From Epiperipatus broadwayi (lineage: Eukaryota > Animalia > Onychophora), in assembly GCA_028023455.1 (NCBI GenBank), contig JAQFVV010000002.1, forward strand, positions 30,380,001 to 30,444,000: a stretch of 64,000 nt of DNA, written 5' to 3'. How positions within the stretch are numbered: position 1 is the stretch's first letter; each line of letters starts with the position of its first letter. The position numbers were made by a program, and so were the translations under genes. A model generated the notes under the pieces. The model was not told the origin of the DNA. It saw nothing but the letters and a program-made list of their open reading frames with translations, and searched no databases. Below are positions 37,302-50,950 of this stretch, in pieces.

Positions 37302-40300
37302 ATATATATATATATATGTTACCACATTGCAGACAGATAAATTATACTGAATATTTGACCATTACAGTTAGTTATGTATTAGACTGTTGGTCGACCACTA
37401 TCCATCTACATACCAAATAGCATTTGAATATGTTAACTGCTAAACATTTTTTCCATAAAAAAATCAAAAACAAACAGAAAAAACACGAAAATAACAATTT
37501 ATTTCAAAACAAATCTGAAAATAATGTACTTAGTGAACAAACATTTAGAGTAGATATAAAAAAATATTTATAATGAATATTTTTATTTATGGTTACGCGG
37601 ACTTGTTTCTTCAATTGCAATTGAGGTTTTTATATTTAATTTGAAATAAAAGTGTGGGGGATCCAGAAAAATGTTGTAGTAACTATAAATAAAAGTGTTT
37701 ACTTTATTTTATTTATATCTATTATTTTTAACTTTGGCATTCTGATCTTTTTCTCAATTATTCTAAAATAACAGCTTCATGTTTTAAAGTAAAATCAACT
37801 GTATTAAATAAAAATCATTTACAATAAATTATTTGGAAAGAATTTTTTAAAAAAATAAACTTTTCCAATGAAAAGATAAAAATGTTATACACTTTTTAAA
37901 AAAGTGAACTTTTACAATCAAAGATTTGTTTTTATTTCAATTTTAAATGATCGCTATAATATTTTTTAATACAACTTTCTTTAAAATGTATATATACGTC
38001 TCTCTCACATGCATTACTGAAAACTTATTGTAATGATATAGATATAATTGAAATTTGATATCAAAATATTTGATATTACATCCACTAATAAGAAACTAGG
38101 TAACATAAACTAGTTAACTTATCTAAATTATTTTAGTGTCATATTGCATTGCTAGTGATTTATAACAGATGTACAAAATTTAAATTTTTTTTATCGAATA
38201 TATTAAATCTAGGTTAAAAATTTTTGCCCAAATAAACAAATTAATCAACCGACAAACAGATTTTATCTTAAATAAGAGTTTAAAAAACAAATATTTTAAA
38301 AACGTGCTGGGAGAAATAAAATTAGCATTTGATACCACTAATCTAATTTGCGGCGTAATGTTTGCATTCATCACACTTATTTGTTTTTCAATCTTTGCTC
38401 GATTTATATTACTTAAATATTTTTAAACATATTATTTACATGGTTTTTTTGCTCCTTTATTTATATAGTTTACCATCATTGCAATAAAATTTCTCACTGA
38501 AGTTTTACTGAATATACTTATTGAAAATATTTATTTCTCAAACATCATCTGTTTACTAAATATACATTTGCCCTTACTGCCAATTTAATTTTTCCCAATC
38601 ACTAAAAATATTAATTTCCAGTTTATTTTCATGTGTCTCTATGGTGGCTTTACAAATAGGTAGCATAAATATAATTAGCACCAAATACAGTATTCTTATT
38701 TCAAAGTAAATTATTAATCTTAAAAATAACACTACATTATATTATTTTCTGACTACACAATCACTTGTTTAAACAGTTGTGAATATATGTGGATTATTAA
38801 TATGTAAATGATATTATTTTCTAACATTTAAAAAAAATGTAAATAAATAAATGAAACTGAAACAGATTTTACATCAATATTGTATTAATACATAAAAAAA
38901 ATTTTTTTTGCAATGTTTTATTATCCCTTTCAGAATAACATATACTTGTTACTGAGGCTAATGTAGATCATTATTCTTACTGACATCTAGAAATTTACTT
39001 TAAGTACAACTTTTTTTTTCATTTTCTTATTTACCTATTAAGTATACTATATAACGATGAAAAAACAAAATCATATTTTCTTGATAATCACACACATATT
39101 TATTTGCAAATGGAATTTATTAATTTTAATAGCAGAAGGGTGGTATATATCTCTATACGAACCACATGATATAAATCTATCCACAAGCACATGCATAAAA
39201 GAAAATTCATTTATATTTAAATGATCAATTATTAGTTATATATGTGTAAATGTTTTGTGCATATTTATACTTTTGTCTTTACTATATTTAACATAGCATC
39301 AAGGTTTAATTTTTTTTTTTAATTTATTTTGTGGCATATGTTAAATAGCGAACATATATTGCTGATTTGTCACCTATTCTGTTAATCGTTCTACTGTTAT
39401 TTTCCACTGTTTACTAATCGTTTTTCTATGTGCCATAGTATGATATATCACAACTTTCACAATTAATTTTATAAACTATCTCTTTTATTTTTATTTTGTC
39501 TTTTATTTTAGAATTAAATATTAATATTTGCAGTTTTTTTACTGAAGTTATAGTTAAAAAAAATCTAGATGTCACTAGGTATATTGGTCTTAAATGTTCT
39601 TAATAATGCAATATATATATATATTACACCAAGGAAGGTAATAAAATGTTGCCGAGAAGAATTTTTTTTTTTTTATATTAAACAATGCAATATTTGTTGC
39701 TATATATATTGTGGTGTTACAAAATGGTTTGAAGCTACAAAAGTACTAAGATTACACAGATTATAGTAGCCGGTATGAGGGTGCCACTAGGCAGATAGTT
39801 TAGCACTAAACCGAGATGATTATTCTACATAATAGTGTTTATTTATATACATAACATGGCCACAATCTTTATAGCATAATCTTTCAAGGACTCTATTAAT
39901 TCCAGTAAATTCTCTCTCCAGAGGACAATATTGATGTCAATACTACAGTTATATCCTAAACTATCAAGAGAGACATACAAGTATGAATATACAATAATCT
40001 TTATTATACTTTTCTTTTTTTATTTCTCTTCTAAATCCCATTTAAATGCAATCTGAACTGACTCGATCTATTTTAAAATAAAATACTTTCCAATTAACGC
40101 AATCGCTTACCAAATGTTTAACAATACTCTTATTCTCACATTACAATAATCTTCCCCATGGAAATACGCCCATCACTAACCTACGACCAACAAAGGTCCA
40201 ACTTAACTGTTGACGGCCTGTCCAAATAGGGGTCAGTCCAGGTATATAATATAATAGTAAATTAACTGTATATAGCTTAACTCAAAAACTCTCCACTGCT

Positions 40301-42849
40301 AATGTTAAATAATTTAAGCTTAACCACTAAATGACAGCATAAGTGTCTTTTGTTTACTTATGTCTGTTGATTTTACTTTTAAATCCACTTATTATGACAT
40401 AAGTGTCTTGTGTTTCATATGACCGGTATTTAAACTGACTATAACCTAATTTTTATCTCTCCTCGATCAAGCAGTTCACATTCGTGAAACCAAAATCTAC
40501 ATATGCATGAGTATAACAAAGATAATAAAATATAAAATAAATAAAAAAACATGAAATCAATATAAAAACCTACCCCCCCTAAAATTATATCAAAAATAAT
40601 GAATAAATTATTCAAACTAACCCCATACTCTATTGCTGAAACTTTACAAATCTACAGTAGCTTAGATACTTAGAACACAACTGATTGAGTCTATAATTGT
40701 GTTTCGCTAATCATAGAAGAAAAGTTCACTTTATAAACAGTTTATAATTACCCACTTATTGATTTGCTGTTAATATGGATTAAATTGGCAATGACCATCC
40801 ATTTCCCCAAATACTGGGCAGCTATCAGGCCATCAAATTTAATCAGAAGGGTACAGTCCATGGGTTGATCTTTTTCTGCAAGTTCTTGTGCGAATCCTGT
40901 AAGCCCTCTTTCTTCTGAAAACATCTTCGGCTAGCTGTCTGGTTTCATACTTTTCCGGAGATAAAAAAGTCCTCAGCATATTTCAGGTGCGGCTCAGGAG
41001 ACATTTTCCCCCAGGAGAGAAACCATTCTCTCTAGCCAGAGAACATTATCATAGCAACTTGCAGCAACAACTTTCAATAAAGTTTTAATAATCAATCCTT
41101 TAACAAAAGATTCTGTAATATATCCTTTTTTCAATTCTCTCCTTCTCTCTCTGCACTTTTAATTAATTTTATTTTCTGAACAGGATTCACACCTTTTTGG
41201 CTTATCTATCATTTTTTCTTTCGGAATTTTTAATTTTAAAAAGTTCTTGATTAATTAACGAAATTTACACTGAATAGACTCTTACAATACTTTTAATTAC
41301 AAATCAGTATTTAGTTTGGGTTTCAACAATAAAGTTTAATACGACCTTTTCTAATTTCCCCCCAACCATTTCAACAACAAAAAAAAGCTTTTATTAAAAA
41401 AACTTATAATTCAAGGCAACTATAATCAACTTAAATAAATTTTTAAAAAAATATCAAACTTGATAATTTGATTTCTTAGTGAGATTAAAAAAAAAACTTT
41501 TACTAAATTAATTATAAGATAATACATTAAATAATTTTATAAAATTCTATTTATAAACTAATGAAATAACTACGAAATTAAATATATATGTATTTACATG
41601 AGATGGCAGAAAATACAATCTCAATATATATATATATATTGGTTTTACTCGTTTATTTGCATGCAAAAAAAAAAAGCATAAGGAATTATATTTATCACTT
41701 TATAATTATCATATTTTGTAAAAATTAATATAATAATATAACAATGGCAAATGTGAAAAAGCAGTAATGCGTATTTTGTAGATACTAATCGAGTTGACAT
41801 TGTTTATTGAAAAATGACTAGCAGTGATAATCTCCTTAATAAAAAGAAAAAACATTCTCGAGCTGTAAACCATTTTAATCAAGTGGGCTTCAATAGAAAC
41901 AAATGACTTAAGAACTCACTATATATCAGTAAAAAATAAATAAATTTAGATTTTAAAGTAAAATTTAAGAATTGTTTAAAAAATATGAAATAGAAGTTAT
42001 TATTACCAAGTGTAATTCTAAAAATTATGATTAAGATACTAGCAAAAAATGGTAAACATCACTAATAATGATCAACTACTAGACCGTTTTCTAGTGTCTA
42101 ATTAACTCAATCGGTCGATCATCTATTACTGCTTGGGCGTAATACTCTACTATCTTATTAATTTAATCAATCAACTATTAGTAGTCAATCTTAATAGTTA
42201 ACTTGATCAATTGAGCAGAAAACTTGACATATATGCATTAATAATTATGTCAACCCAAAATAATAGGAAAAAAAAATGTCTAAAATACAATTTGCATACC
42301 CAAAATGGTGAATTCACTGTGTCCTTTGTAATCGCTCAAAAGATAATCAATAGTTCAGCAGCAAATTTGGTCTGAAGATTGAGACTTTCAGGCATTAACT
42401 GCCAAAAAAGACACAATTCTTTTGTGATTGCAAGTTATCATAATCCCCATAATCAAGACTATATCATGACAAATCCACTTCGACTTATATAATAAAATAT
42501 TAATTTGAAAGTTTAGTTCGGTTTGTATTTTAGGATAAAACAATCGACTACAAATCTGTCAAAATTAATGAACAAAATAAATAAAACATCTTAAACTCTC
42601 TTTGGCAAAAGTAAAACATACATAGTTGAATTTGAAATATGTAATTAATTTTTAAGAAAATTATGTTTTAGATTATATTAATAACCATTAAAAAACAAAA
42701 AAAAATTAACCAGTGTGGTAAAAATTATGTATACACAACTATGATCTTTCTTAAGGAAGTATTTCTTTTTCTAGCCAATCCACCAAACCAAATTGCCCAT
42801 CTCTACATATTTAAATGAAGTTAATAAGATGTTATTACATGTCCATCAA

Positions 42850-43209
42850 AACATCACATGATCACCATTTCATATGCTTACACATGCTGTTAATAAGAGT
42901 ACCAAACTCTCCATACAGTAGTGCCACCAAGTGCAAGCTTTCATAATCAATGGATGCAGAAAAGTTTGTGCATAAACCTACTCATCCAACCTCCCTAGAC
43001 TAGTTTCTAGCTTGTGGCTTACATCTGTGAGGAGTTTTGGATTTGAGAGGCTCCTTACTGATGAAAGCCACAAGCTAGAAGAAACTAGTCTAGGGATGTT
43101 GGTTGAGCAGGCACTAGATAGGGATTTTATGCACAAACCTTCCTGTATCCATTGATTATGAAAGTTTGCATTTGGTGGCATTACTGTATGGAGTTTGGTA
43201 CTCTTATTA
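42850..43209. mobile_element. Family A palindromic doublet (arms 42891-43047 and 43049-43209)
   Basis: taataagagtaccaaactctccatacagtagtgccacc is inverted relative to ggtggcattactgtatggagtttggtactcttatta. HHR motifs point outward. Confidence 0.85.
43052..43096 (+). ncRNA. Family A minimal type I HHR motif with a 3-nt insertion
   Basis: UCCUUA-CUGAUGA-AAGC(CACAA)GCUA-[GAA]-GAAAC-UA-GUC^UAGGGA. Stem I pairs fully; activity is doubtful. Confidence 0.5.
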
Positions 43210-43282
43210 TGTGACTAATTAATTACATAATACATTATTAAAAACATAAATATCACAAATTTTAGTAACTAATTAAGCATTA

Positions 43283-43820
43283 TTATTACTATTGTATATG
43301 CACAGTGTGTCCCTGTAAAAATGGATTGTTCCCCAAGCTACTTGCAAAGCCATCCTTGAATTTACATGTGTTATGTAGCAACATAATTTAGCTATATAAC
43401 AAAAATTTTAATGCACTAGTATGTCTGGATCATGAGTTATGGCATGAAATGTGTTGCTGTATTTCATGTTTTTGTAGATTGTTTTTAATGCTTTCTGCGC
43501 CATTACAAAATCTTGAAAAGTCATTTAAAAATATTCTTGCGACTCATGGCTTCATTGCCATGCACACTTTAAATCATTTCAAACAATTCAACAGCAGTTC
43601 TGCCAATTTAAAACAAAATTTAATGTTAGGACATTGTTCCATCATGGATTAAAGCTTGATACACATTATCACATTTGATGTCATAACTTGAAAACCAGAC
43701 ACTTTAGCGATTTAAAATCGTCGTGATGAATAGCTAAAATATATCACTACTGATTCAGAGATGAGCTATAGGCAGCTTGGAAAGAGAAGTAATCGCCTTT
43801 TCAATGAGATATACTGTGTA
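43283..43820. mobile_element. Possible Tc1/mariner-type non-autonomous remnant
   Basis: Weak terminal inversion cacagtgtgtccc / gagatatactgtg; the internal sequence resembles mariner MITE subterminal regions only by impression. Confidence 0.3.
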
Positions 43821-46579
43821 ACATAAAAATTAAAATAGTATTTTGTAAAAATCAAAAAAATTTAAGGAAATTCTATTCATTTGACAGTATTAATATTTCA
43901 CAAGAGTCAACAAATTCAATTCTAAAATAATAAACTTTCAATATTTTTTGACTATTAAGTATTAAAAATAATTCTTTCATTTACACAAAGATATCTTGCA
44001 TAGTTTAGAGAAGTAGTCGAGAAAAGGGTTAATCAGCTAAAGGATCCAGATTAGAGCTCAAATCTATTACCTCTGATACTCAAATGTCATATGACTTCCC
44101 GAGTGATGAAAAATTTGATTAATTAACAAATGGTATCAGAGACAACTTATTAAGCAGGATCAAACATAATTTAAAAAATATTTAGAACACTAAAGTCAAT
44201 ATTATAATGCAGATTTAAGATAGGAAATGAATGAATCATTTATTAAAAGAATATAAAATGGCCTTGGATAAAACTTTTATTTAAACATGCACAAAGTGCA
44301 TAGTTCAAATTAAGAGTTAAGTAAAATAAAGTATTTATTTTCTTAATTACATCCAGTCTTCATAATAGTTCTAGTTCATTCTATAAGAGGTGTAATATTC
44401 CAAGAAATTATCTATATTGGGTGGTTTATACGACTACAGATTTAATCTATAAAGCTGGGGAGCATTTTGCTTATTTTTATAGTGATTTTCACATATTAAT
44501 TGTACATTGCTTTATTTTTAATTCTCAAAAAAAATTATGATCCTCATTTAAAAAGGGCGGGTTTAAATTGACCTATCAGCTGAAAAGATTGTCCATCTCT
44601 AGTGACTAGAGATAAATTAATTAAATCTTTGATCAAATATAGCAGGCTAATTTTTAAGTTGATAATTTTGTATGGCCTGCAAATATTATAAATATCCAAA
44701 TGGACCTTGACAGAAAAATTTTTCCCCATCCCTGACTTACATCCATATGATGTTTGAGCAGCAGTGTCCAGCTGAGGACACTAATTCTATTCAATTAACC
44801 AAACTGAAATTTCTTTTTTTTCCCCCACAAATGAGAATCAATCTAGGAATATTTTGTCAGAGTCTACCATTCTACAGCAGCAGTAAAGCAGAAGATATTT
44901 AAAATAATTGGAGCTTATTATGAAAACGTACAATGTAGCTCTATACGCATAGATGGGAAAAAATGAAAATTTGAGTACTACCGATAATACGGTAAAAATA
45001 AACATTAGATAGAAAAGATTTCGGCAAATAGCAAAAACAAATAATGATCAATGAATTGAAGCAATTTTCAACAGACTAAAACATAACAAAGTAAATAAAC
45101 AAACAATCTAATAAAAAAAAAAACAAGTTGAAATGATATCAAAATATTTGATAGATAATTATAAAAAAAAAAATTAATAAAAATTATGATAAAAAGTGTT
45201 TAGTTGCCTGAAATGGAATGTTAATAACAAATAATGCTTTTAATTAGGCAATCATAAAAAGAACTTTCACTAATTACAACTTCCCGTTCACTCACAATAC
45301 GATTAGAAGCAACAAAATAATAGACAAAATTTTATTTATATAAGTAATCTATTCAATGGCTATTTACAACATCAAATTAGACGTTCCCTTCAGAAGCATA
45401 TTTACTATTAGTTATGGCACAAAATACAAAATTATTTTTTAACAAAAAAAACAACAACATAACGGTACATTACAAAAAAAATGTCCACAAAGCATAAAGC
45501 ATATAAGAAATAAAAATTGTATTGATTTGTATGTCACATTTTTTGAATCATACATTGGTAGAAACAGAAAAATTATTGGATCTAATAATACTGGTTCTGT
45601 GAATAGTCTATCATTACTGAATTTATCCTTTGAACAGAAAAAATTATTTGCATCGATACTTTAAGCAATAGCATCTTATGGATTATCAATTTGAATTTTC
45701 AAACTAATCATTATATTGATCAGATAGCTCTATTATTAAATTTTAACAAAAAAAAATCATCATACTTTCTCTGAGAATAACTGTATTGTTAGAAATTTGA
45801 TTAAATAGAAATATGTTATTCTTTATTTGATCGAGTAATAAAAATAAGCTTCATAAATATAAGTAAATAAAGATATAATAACCGATTATCGGAATAAAAT
45901 TGCTGAACATGGTCACTTGAGATCTTTTATTTTTGTGACATAGTGAAAGTAACATATTGACTTGAAAAATGATAGTGAATCCTATTATATTAAAAGTTGG
46001 CAACTTTTAAATAAAAATAATTTTAACAGATGGATAATTTGCATTATCTTCTGAGTAATGATTCAAGAATTCAGATTACAGTACTGCATTTAACTTGTAT
46101 GTCCATATACTAAGGCATTTATATCTGGATTAGAAAAGTTATGTGTGCAAATAGAATTCTTGAAAAATGTTTTACAATATGATACTAGTAAGTTAAATCA
46201 AAATTATTACAATTATTTTTAATATTGTCTCGTGTCATATGATCTGAAGGATGCTTCTGCTGTTGCTTTTATAAAAATAAAGGAGATAATAAGTATTGCA
46301 GTAATTATTGAGAAATATATGTTATTCATTATAATAGAATTGTGGATATGAACGTTGCTGCCGAGTCACCAAAAGTGTGATTTATATGCAGCTTTCATCA
46401 AATCAGCCAAAGCATTTTGACATAATTAATCGGGAAGATTGTGATAACATCTGAAAACAGCTAATTACATAACAGTATAAAATAATGTGTTATTACCGAT
46501 AACAAAAAAACTTGAAATATTTAAGAACTTATGTTAATCAGGGATATTAGTTACAATTTAATTTTTCATTTTCATGTTA

Positions 46580-47527
46580 CTGTGTTTCCCTGAAAATAAA
46601 ACCAAAAAATAAGCCATAGCATGATTTTTGAGAATACTTATAACATAAGCCCTACTCCAAATATAAGATCTAGTTAAGATTCGCAGCCTGATAGACGTTT
46701 TTTGTTTATCAATTGAAACTTATGATAGAGATATTGATATAAAGTAATGAATGTATAAATAAATATAATTGTTGATATTAATGCTTTAAATAAATGGTGA
46801 TATAAATTATGTGGTTCTTTTATATTTTCCCCATCGACTATTTTCAATAACGTAATTCTACCTGTTCAGAGAAACAATTTATTTATCACAAGTCAGTATA
46901 TCGGACAATTACAATTTAATTTTTATATTTTTACATCCTTATTTTATTTATATTTAATGCTTGAGTTAGTCTTAGAATTTTAGCATGGTAACTTTTAATT
47001 ATTTAAGATAAAAGAAAAATTACTTTGATTTCTCAAACATTTTTTTTTTCTCTTAAAAGACTATTAAAATAACGGAAGTGATTTTATTTATCAAACTTTA
47101 ACTTACATTAAATTAGATTTTTTTCCTCCTATCCAAGCAGGGCTATTACAAATAATTTGGAAAATATTTACTATGTACATACTTGATAACGAATCGACAT
47201 GGTTGTGTCACATATGATTCGTCGTAATTCAATATGCTGTATGTTGTAATAGAAATACTATCTCACAAGTTTTCAATTAATACTTGATTCAATGGTAAAT
47301 TTAAACAGAATATTCTGATAGCAAGATAAGATGCATGCAAAAAGAAAGCTATTCTGGAGAAAGAAATTGTTTGTGGGGGATGGGGGGCTTCTGTAAAACG
47401 AAGTATTTGAACAAAGATTCATTTTAATACTTCAAATGTAGATTTTTGTACATGAAAAAATAAGGCTATAGTGTCTATTGGAGCAACAATTAATATAAAA
47501 CCAGGTCTTACTTTCAGAAAAACACAC
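46580..47527. mobile_element. pogo/Tigger-like non-autonomous element, second copy (inverted relative to 3933-5103)
   Basis: TA|CTGTGTTTCCCTGAAAATAA ... GGTCTTACTTTCAGAAAAACACAC|TA. 46580-46700 matches the reverse complement of 5000-5103. Confidence 0.7.
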
Positions 47528-48079
47528 TAATGGTTTTTATAATTTATATATGTAAATGTTTTGAATGTTTAACCGAAAAAAGGTAATACCATTTTTATTA
47601 TCGTTATAATTTGCTGAGCATGCTTTCGACATCAACAATAAGAATCAAAGCTCTCATATTTTGCCACAGGAAGCAATGCGACATTTAAAAGTCCAATATA
47701 AAAATACAAGTAGAACACCATCATCACAAACCTTCAAAGAAAATCCTATTTACATATTCCATTTCTTTGATAAGGCAGCATTGGATTCTTTTTTGTTTAG
47801 AACGTGGGGTCAGTAGCAATAAGCCATGCTTCTTTGAATTTATGCTTCCTATTGTAACAATTTTTGATGGCTTCATAAAACAGGTATCAGGTTGGTTATA
47901 TAGATTTAATGATGGCATTTTATAATTCCAATCAATTAAAAGCAATCTTCTTGGCTCCTACGTTTACAATCTGCAGTCAACTGTATTATTTTTAAATGTT
48001 TTTAATGCAACTTGTACAAATTTTGGTTTAATAACTAATGTTTAATATCAATAAGCGAGAAGAGAAAAGTCATCAGGAA

Positions 48080-48330
48080 ATGGACAAATAACTTGAAAAT
48101 ATGGATTATTTTAAATATTCTGGTATCTTTCTAGATAAAAAGATGGTCTTGGATGCAAAAGTACAGCACAGTCTCCATGTGTTGCCACTACTGCTCTAAA
48201 TTAGTTGTATCAAAAGCTGTTATTCAGCCAAATTCTTTGTATGGATGAAAGACATGGACCATAAGAATAAAAAAATTTCTTTAAAAAATGCTCTGTAATA
48301 TTGAAAAATTACAACGGAAGATCATAAGAT
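48080..48330 (+). pseudogene. Decayed RTE-like RT C-terminal fragment
   Basis: LENMDYFKYSGIFL...VIQPNSLYG*KTWT resembles the FKYLG and PxLLYGxETW motifs. Confidence 0.5.
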
Positions 48331-48950
48331 CAATTATTATATTCTTCAACTTGATGGCGTGTTTTATATTAACTTATAACAACACATTTTTGGTTAGGCA
48401 TATGAAATTAATGAAAAGTAATAGACTTCTTAGTAATATTTTGTGGCGAACATGCGCATGATTTTTAAGAAAGAAGTGCAATATCACCTACTTTCATGTT
48501 TCTTGAACTGATTTATGTAGTCATAACAAAAGGCATCTTTACTTTTTTCTTTTTTTTTTGGTTTCTTCTTTGTCTTGGTTTTATTCTTTTATGAGTGGAT
48601 AATTAATGATAACAACCTGTATATTCTAAAGAAAAGTATTTTTTTTTCTAACACTAAGACATTCTTCTCTTGCCAAACAATAAAATATTTCCTGAGAAAA
48701 TAAATGTATAAACTTTATAAGATTTTTTATTCTCATTGTCAGAATGTAATCGCACAACATCAAAAACACATGGAAGTAATAAAGTCTAATGAAAAATAGT
48801 AAACATCTTAAATATATGACAAAGTTCACTGCAATTTTTAAGATGACTATTAAAAATCAATTAATAGACTACTCAGGTGAAAAACAACAATTTTATGCTT
48901 AGATAGTATTTAAAATGCTTTAAACATTACGCAAAATCATAAATATCAGT

Positions 48951-50298
48951 ATGTGATGTGATGTATTTGGCTTCTCCTTAAATGAAGTCAAGAATATCTC
49001 AGCAATTATGCCCAGATAAACCTGTTAGCCATTTTATTCTCCATTCCCCACTCTTAAATCTTCCCATATTCTGCCCATCCCATTTCCACAACATAAACTT
49101 TGTCAACTCTATGGCCTTTATATCTAAATCCCCCTTACGTCTTCGCAGACCCAACATAAAAACTAATAATTCACTTTCTGTATAGTCACATTGTTCATGT
49201 CTATCCTCCCATAACTTCATTATGTGTACCCTATCTGCCTTCAAGCATTTACAGTCAATCAACAGGTGCCTAATATTTTCTATACCTTCCTTACACAATC
49301 TGCACACTAAATTATCCATGGTTTTCCATTTACATGTACATTCTCTTGTTGCTAAAGATCCCGATCGAGCCTAAAATAATAAACTACTTTCCTTACTATT
49401 ATCATAAATTAACTCGAATCCAATATTCCGTTTACTTCTATATATATTTAAACTCTTCTTACCCTCCATACTAGTTCTCCATCTCTCCAACTCCCTATTT
49501 TTTATTAATGCTTCTATTCTTTTATCCCATTCCTTACCACTATAACACTCAACAATCCTCCTAACACAATCATCCTACCTTTTATACAAGTATACTGATA
49601 TAAATTCTTTATCCAAATCTTTCGCATACCGCATTACCTTTCTCACCCATCTTGTTACCTGCCCTTTACTCATAACCCAATTGAACACTATTTTTGCTAT
49701 TCTTTTACTATCCATAAACTGCAATCTACCAAACATTTTCATTTTATTTTTTGCATCTCTCATATAAAAACTTGACCATCCCATTTCTCCTTGAATTGCC
49801 TCCTTTGCTGTCCACATCTCTGCATCTAATGCATGTCTTCGTACTTCCCTTTGTACTTTCTCTAAATAATCTAATACCCTTTTACTAACACATAATGCAT
49901 CATTACCATATGTTAACCCTGCTACTGCAACTCCCTTCCATACTATTCTAGCTACATCATATTTATTATATGAAAATACTGTTAATTTCTTTACCAAACA
50001 CTTTCTTTTCTTTGCTTCATTTATCAATTTTTTCTCCCATTCATCCAAGCAATTTTCCTGATTACATAAGATGATTCCCAAATACCTATACCTATCCACC
50101 ACACTTAACTTTATATCCCCCAATAAAAATTCTACATCTTCTCTTTCCCCAGTATTAACCATCATTATATTTGATTTTTCTTCACTAAATTTAATCCCCA
50201 TCTCTTTACCCACCCTTGCACATGTCCTCAACATAATTTCCATAAATCTTCTCTTCTTTCTGCACACAAAAAGATATCATCTGCAAAAAAAAGACCCG
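48951..50298 (-). mobile_element. 5'-truncated RTEX-like non-LTR retrotransposon
   Basis: GLFFADDI at the 5' junction. ORF 49575-50267 has YRYLGI and WKGVAVAGLTYG, followed by YDNSKESSLLF*AR and a C-terminal CRLC-x4-E-x3-H-x4-C zinc knuckle. It ends in a (CACAT)n tail at 48951-48964. Confidence 0.85.
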
Positions 50299-50500
50299 AC
50301 AAACTCTCCATACAGTAGCGCTACCTAGTGCAAACCTTAGTAATCAATGGATATAAGAAGGTTTATGCATAAAATCCCTATCTCGTCCCTATTCATCCAA
50401 TATCTCTAGACTAGTTTCTAGCTTGTGACTTTCATCAGTGAGGAGCCTTGGATCTGAGCGCACTGCATCTAGATTTTAGGGTTTAATGCAACCCTCCGTC
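50299..50500 (-). mobile_element. Family A HHR repeat abutting the RTEX 5' end
   Basis: The minus strand reads UCCUCA-CUGAUGA-AAGU(CACAA)GCUA-GAAAC-UA-GUC^UAGAGA. The core is intact, but stem I has two mismatches. Confidence 0.85.
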
Positions 50501-50699
50501 AGGCACCTTTTATCTACTTGCTTAACTATAAAGCTACGAGTCCAAAACCAAAACACAATAATGTTTTCAATCCAAGTTCATTCGCTTGTTTAGTCATATA
50601 GATATGAACCCAGTTCAGTATCGATATATTTTAATGTCTGATTTTTTTAAAAAATCACAGTCACCATCAACCTATGGGCAGGATTGGTATAAAATCACT

Positions 50700-50950
50700 G
50701 ACATCACATGATCATCATTTCCTAAGCTTGCACAAACTGTTAAAACAATAGCAAATTCTCCATACAGTACAAAGCAAATCTTAGTCATAAATGAATGCAA
50801 GAAAGTCTGTGCATAAAATCCCTATCTAGTGTCTACTCATCCAATATTCCCAGGCTATTTTCTAGCTTGAGGCTTTCATCAGTAAGGAGCCTTCAATCTG
50901 GAAACACTGCACTTAGATCTTAGGATGTAATACAACCCTCCAGCAGCCTT
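50700..50950 (-). mobile_element. Family A HHR repeat (cleavage triplet mutated)
   Basis: The minus strand reads CUGAUGA-AAGC(CUCAA)GCUA-GAAAA-UA-GCC. It shares the catcacatgatca extension with 42850 and 17050. Confidence 0.85.

Noticed and set aside
44121-44141. LTR end plus tRNA-iMet primer-binding site (ttaaca-aa-TGGTATCAGAG)
   Set aside because: No partner LTR or gag follows, and the surroundings read more like a decayed LINE RT segment, so it is probably coincidental.
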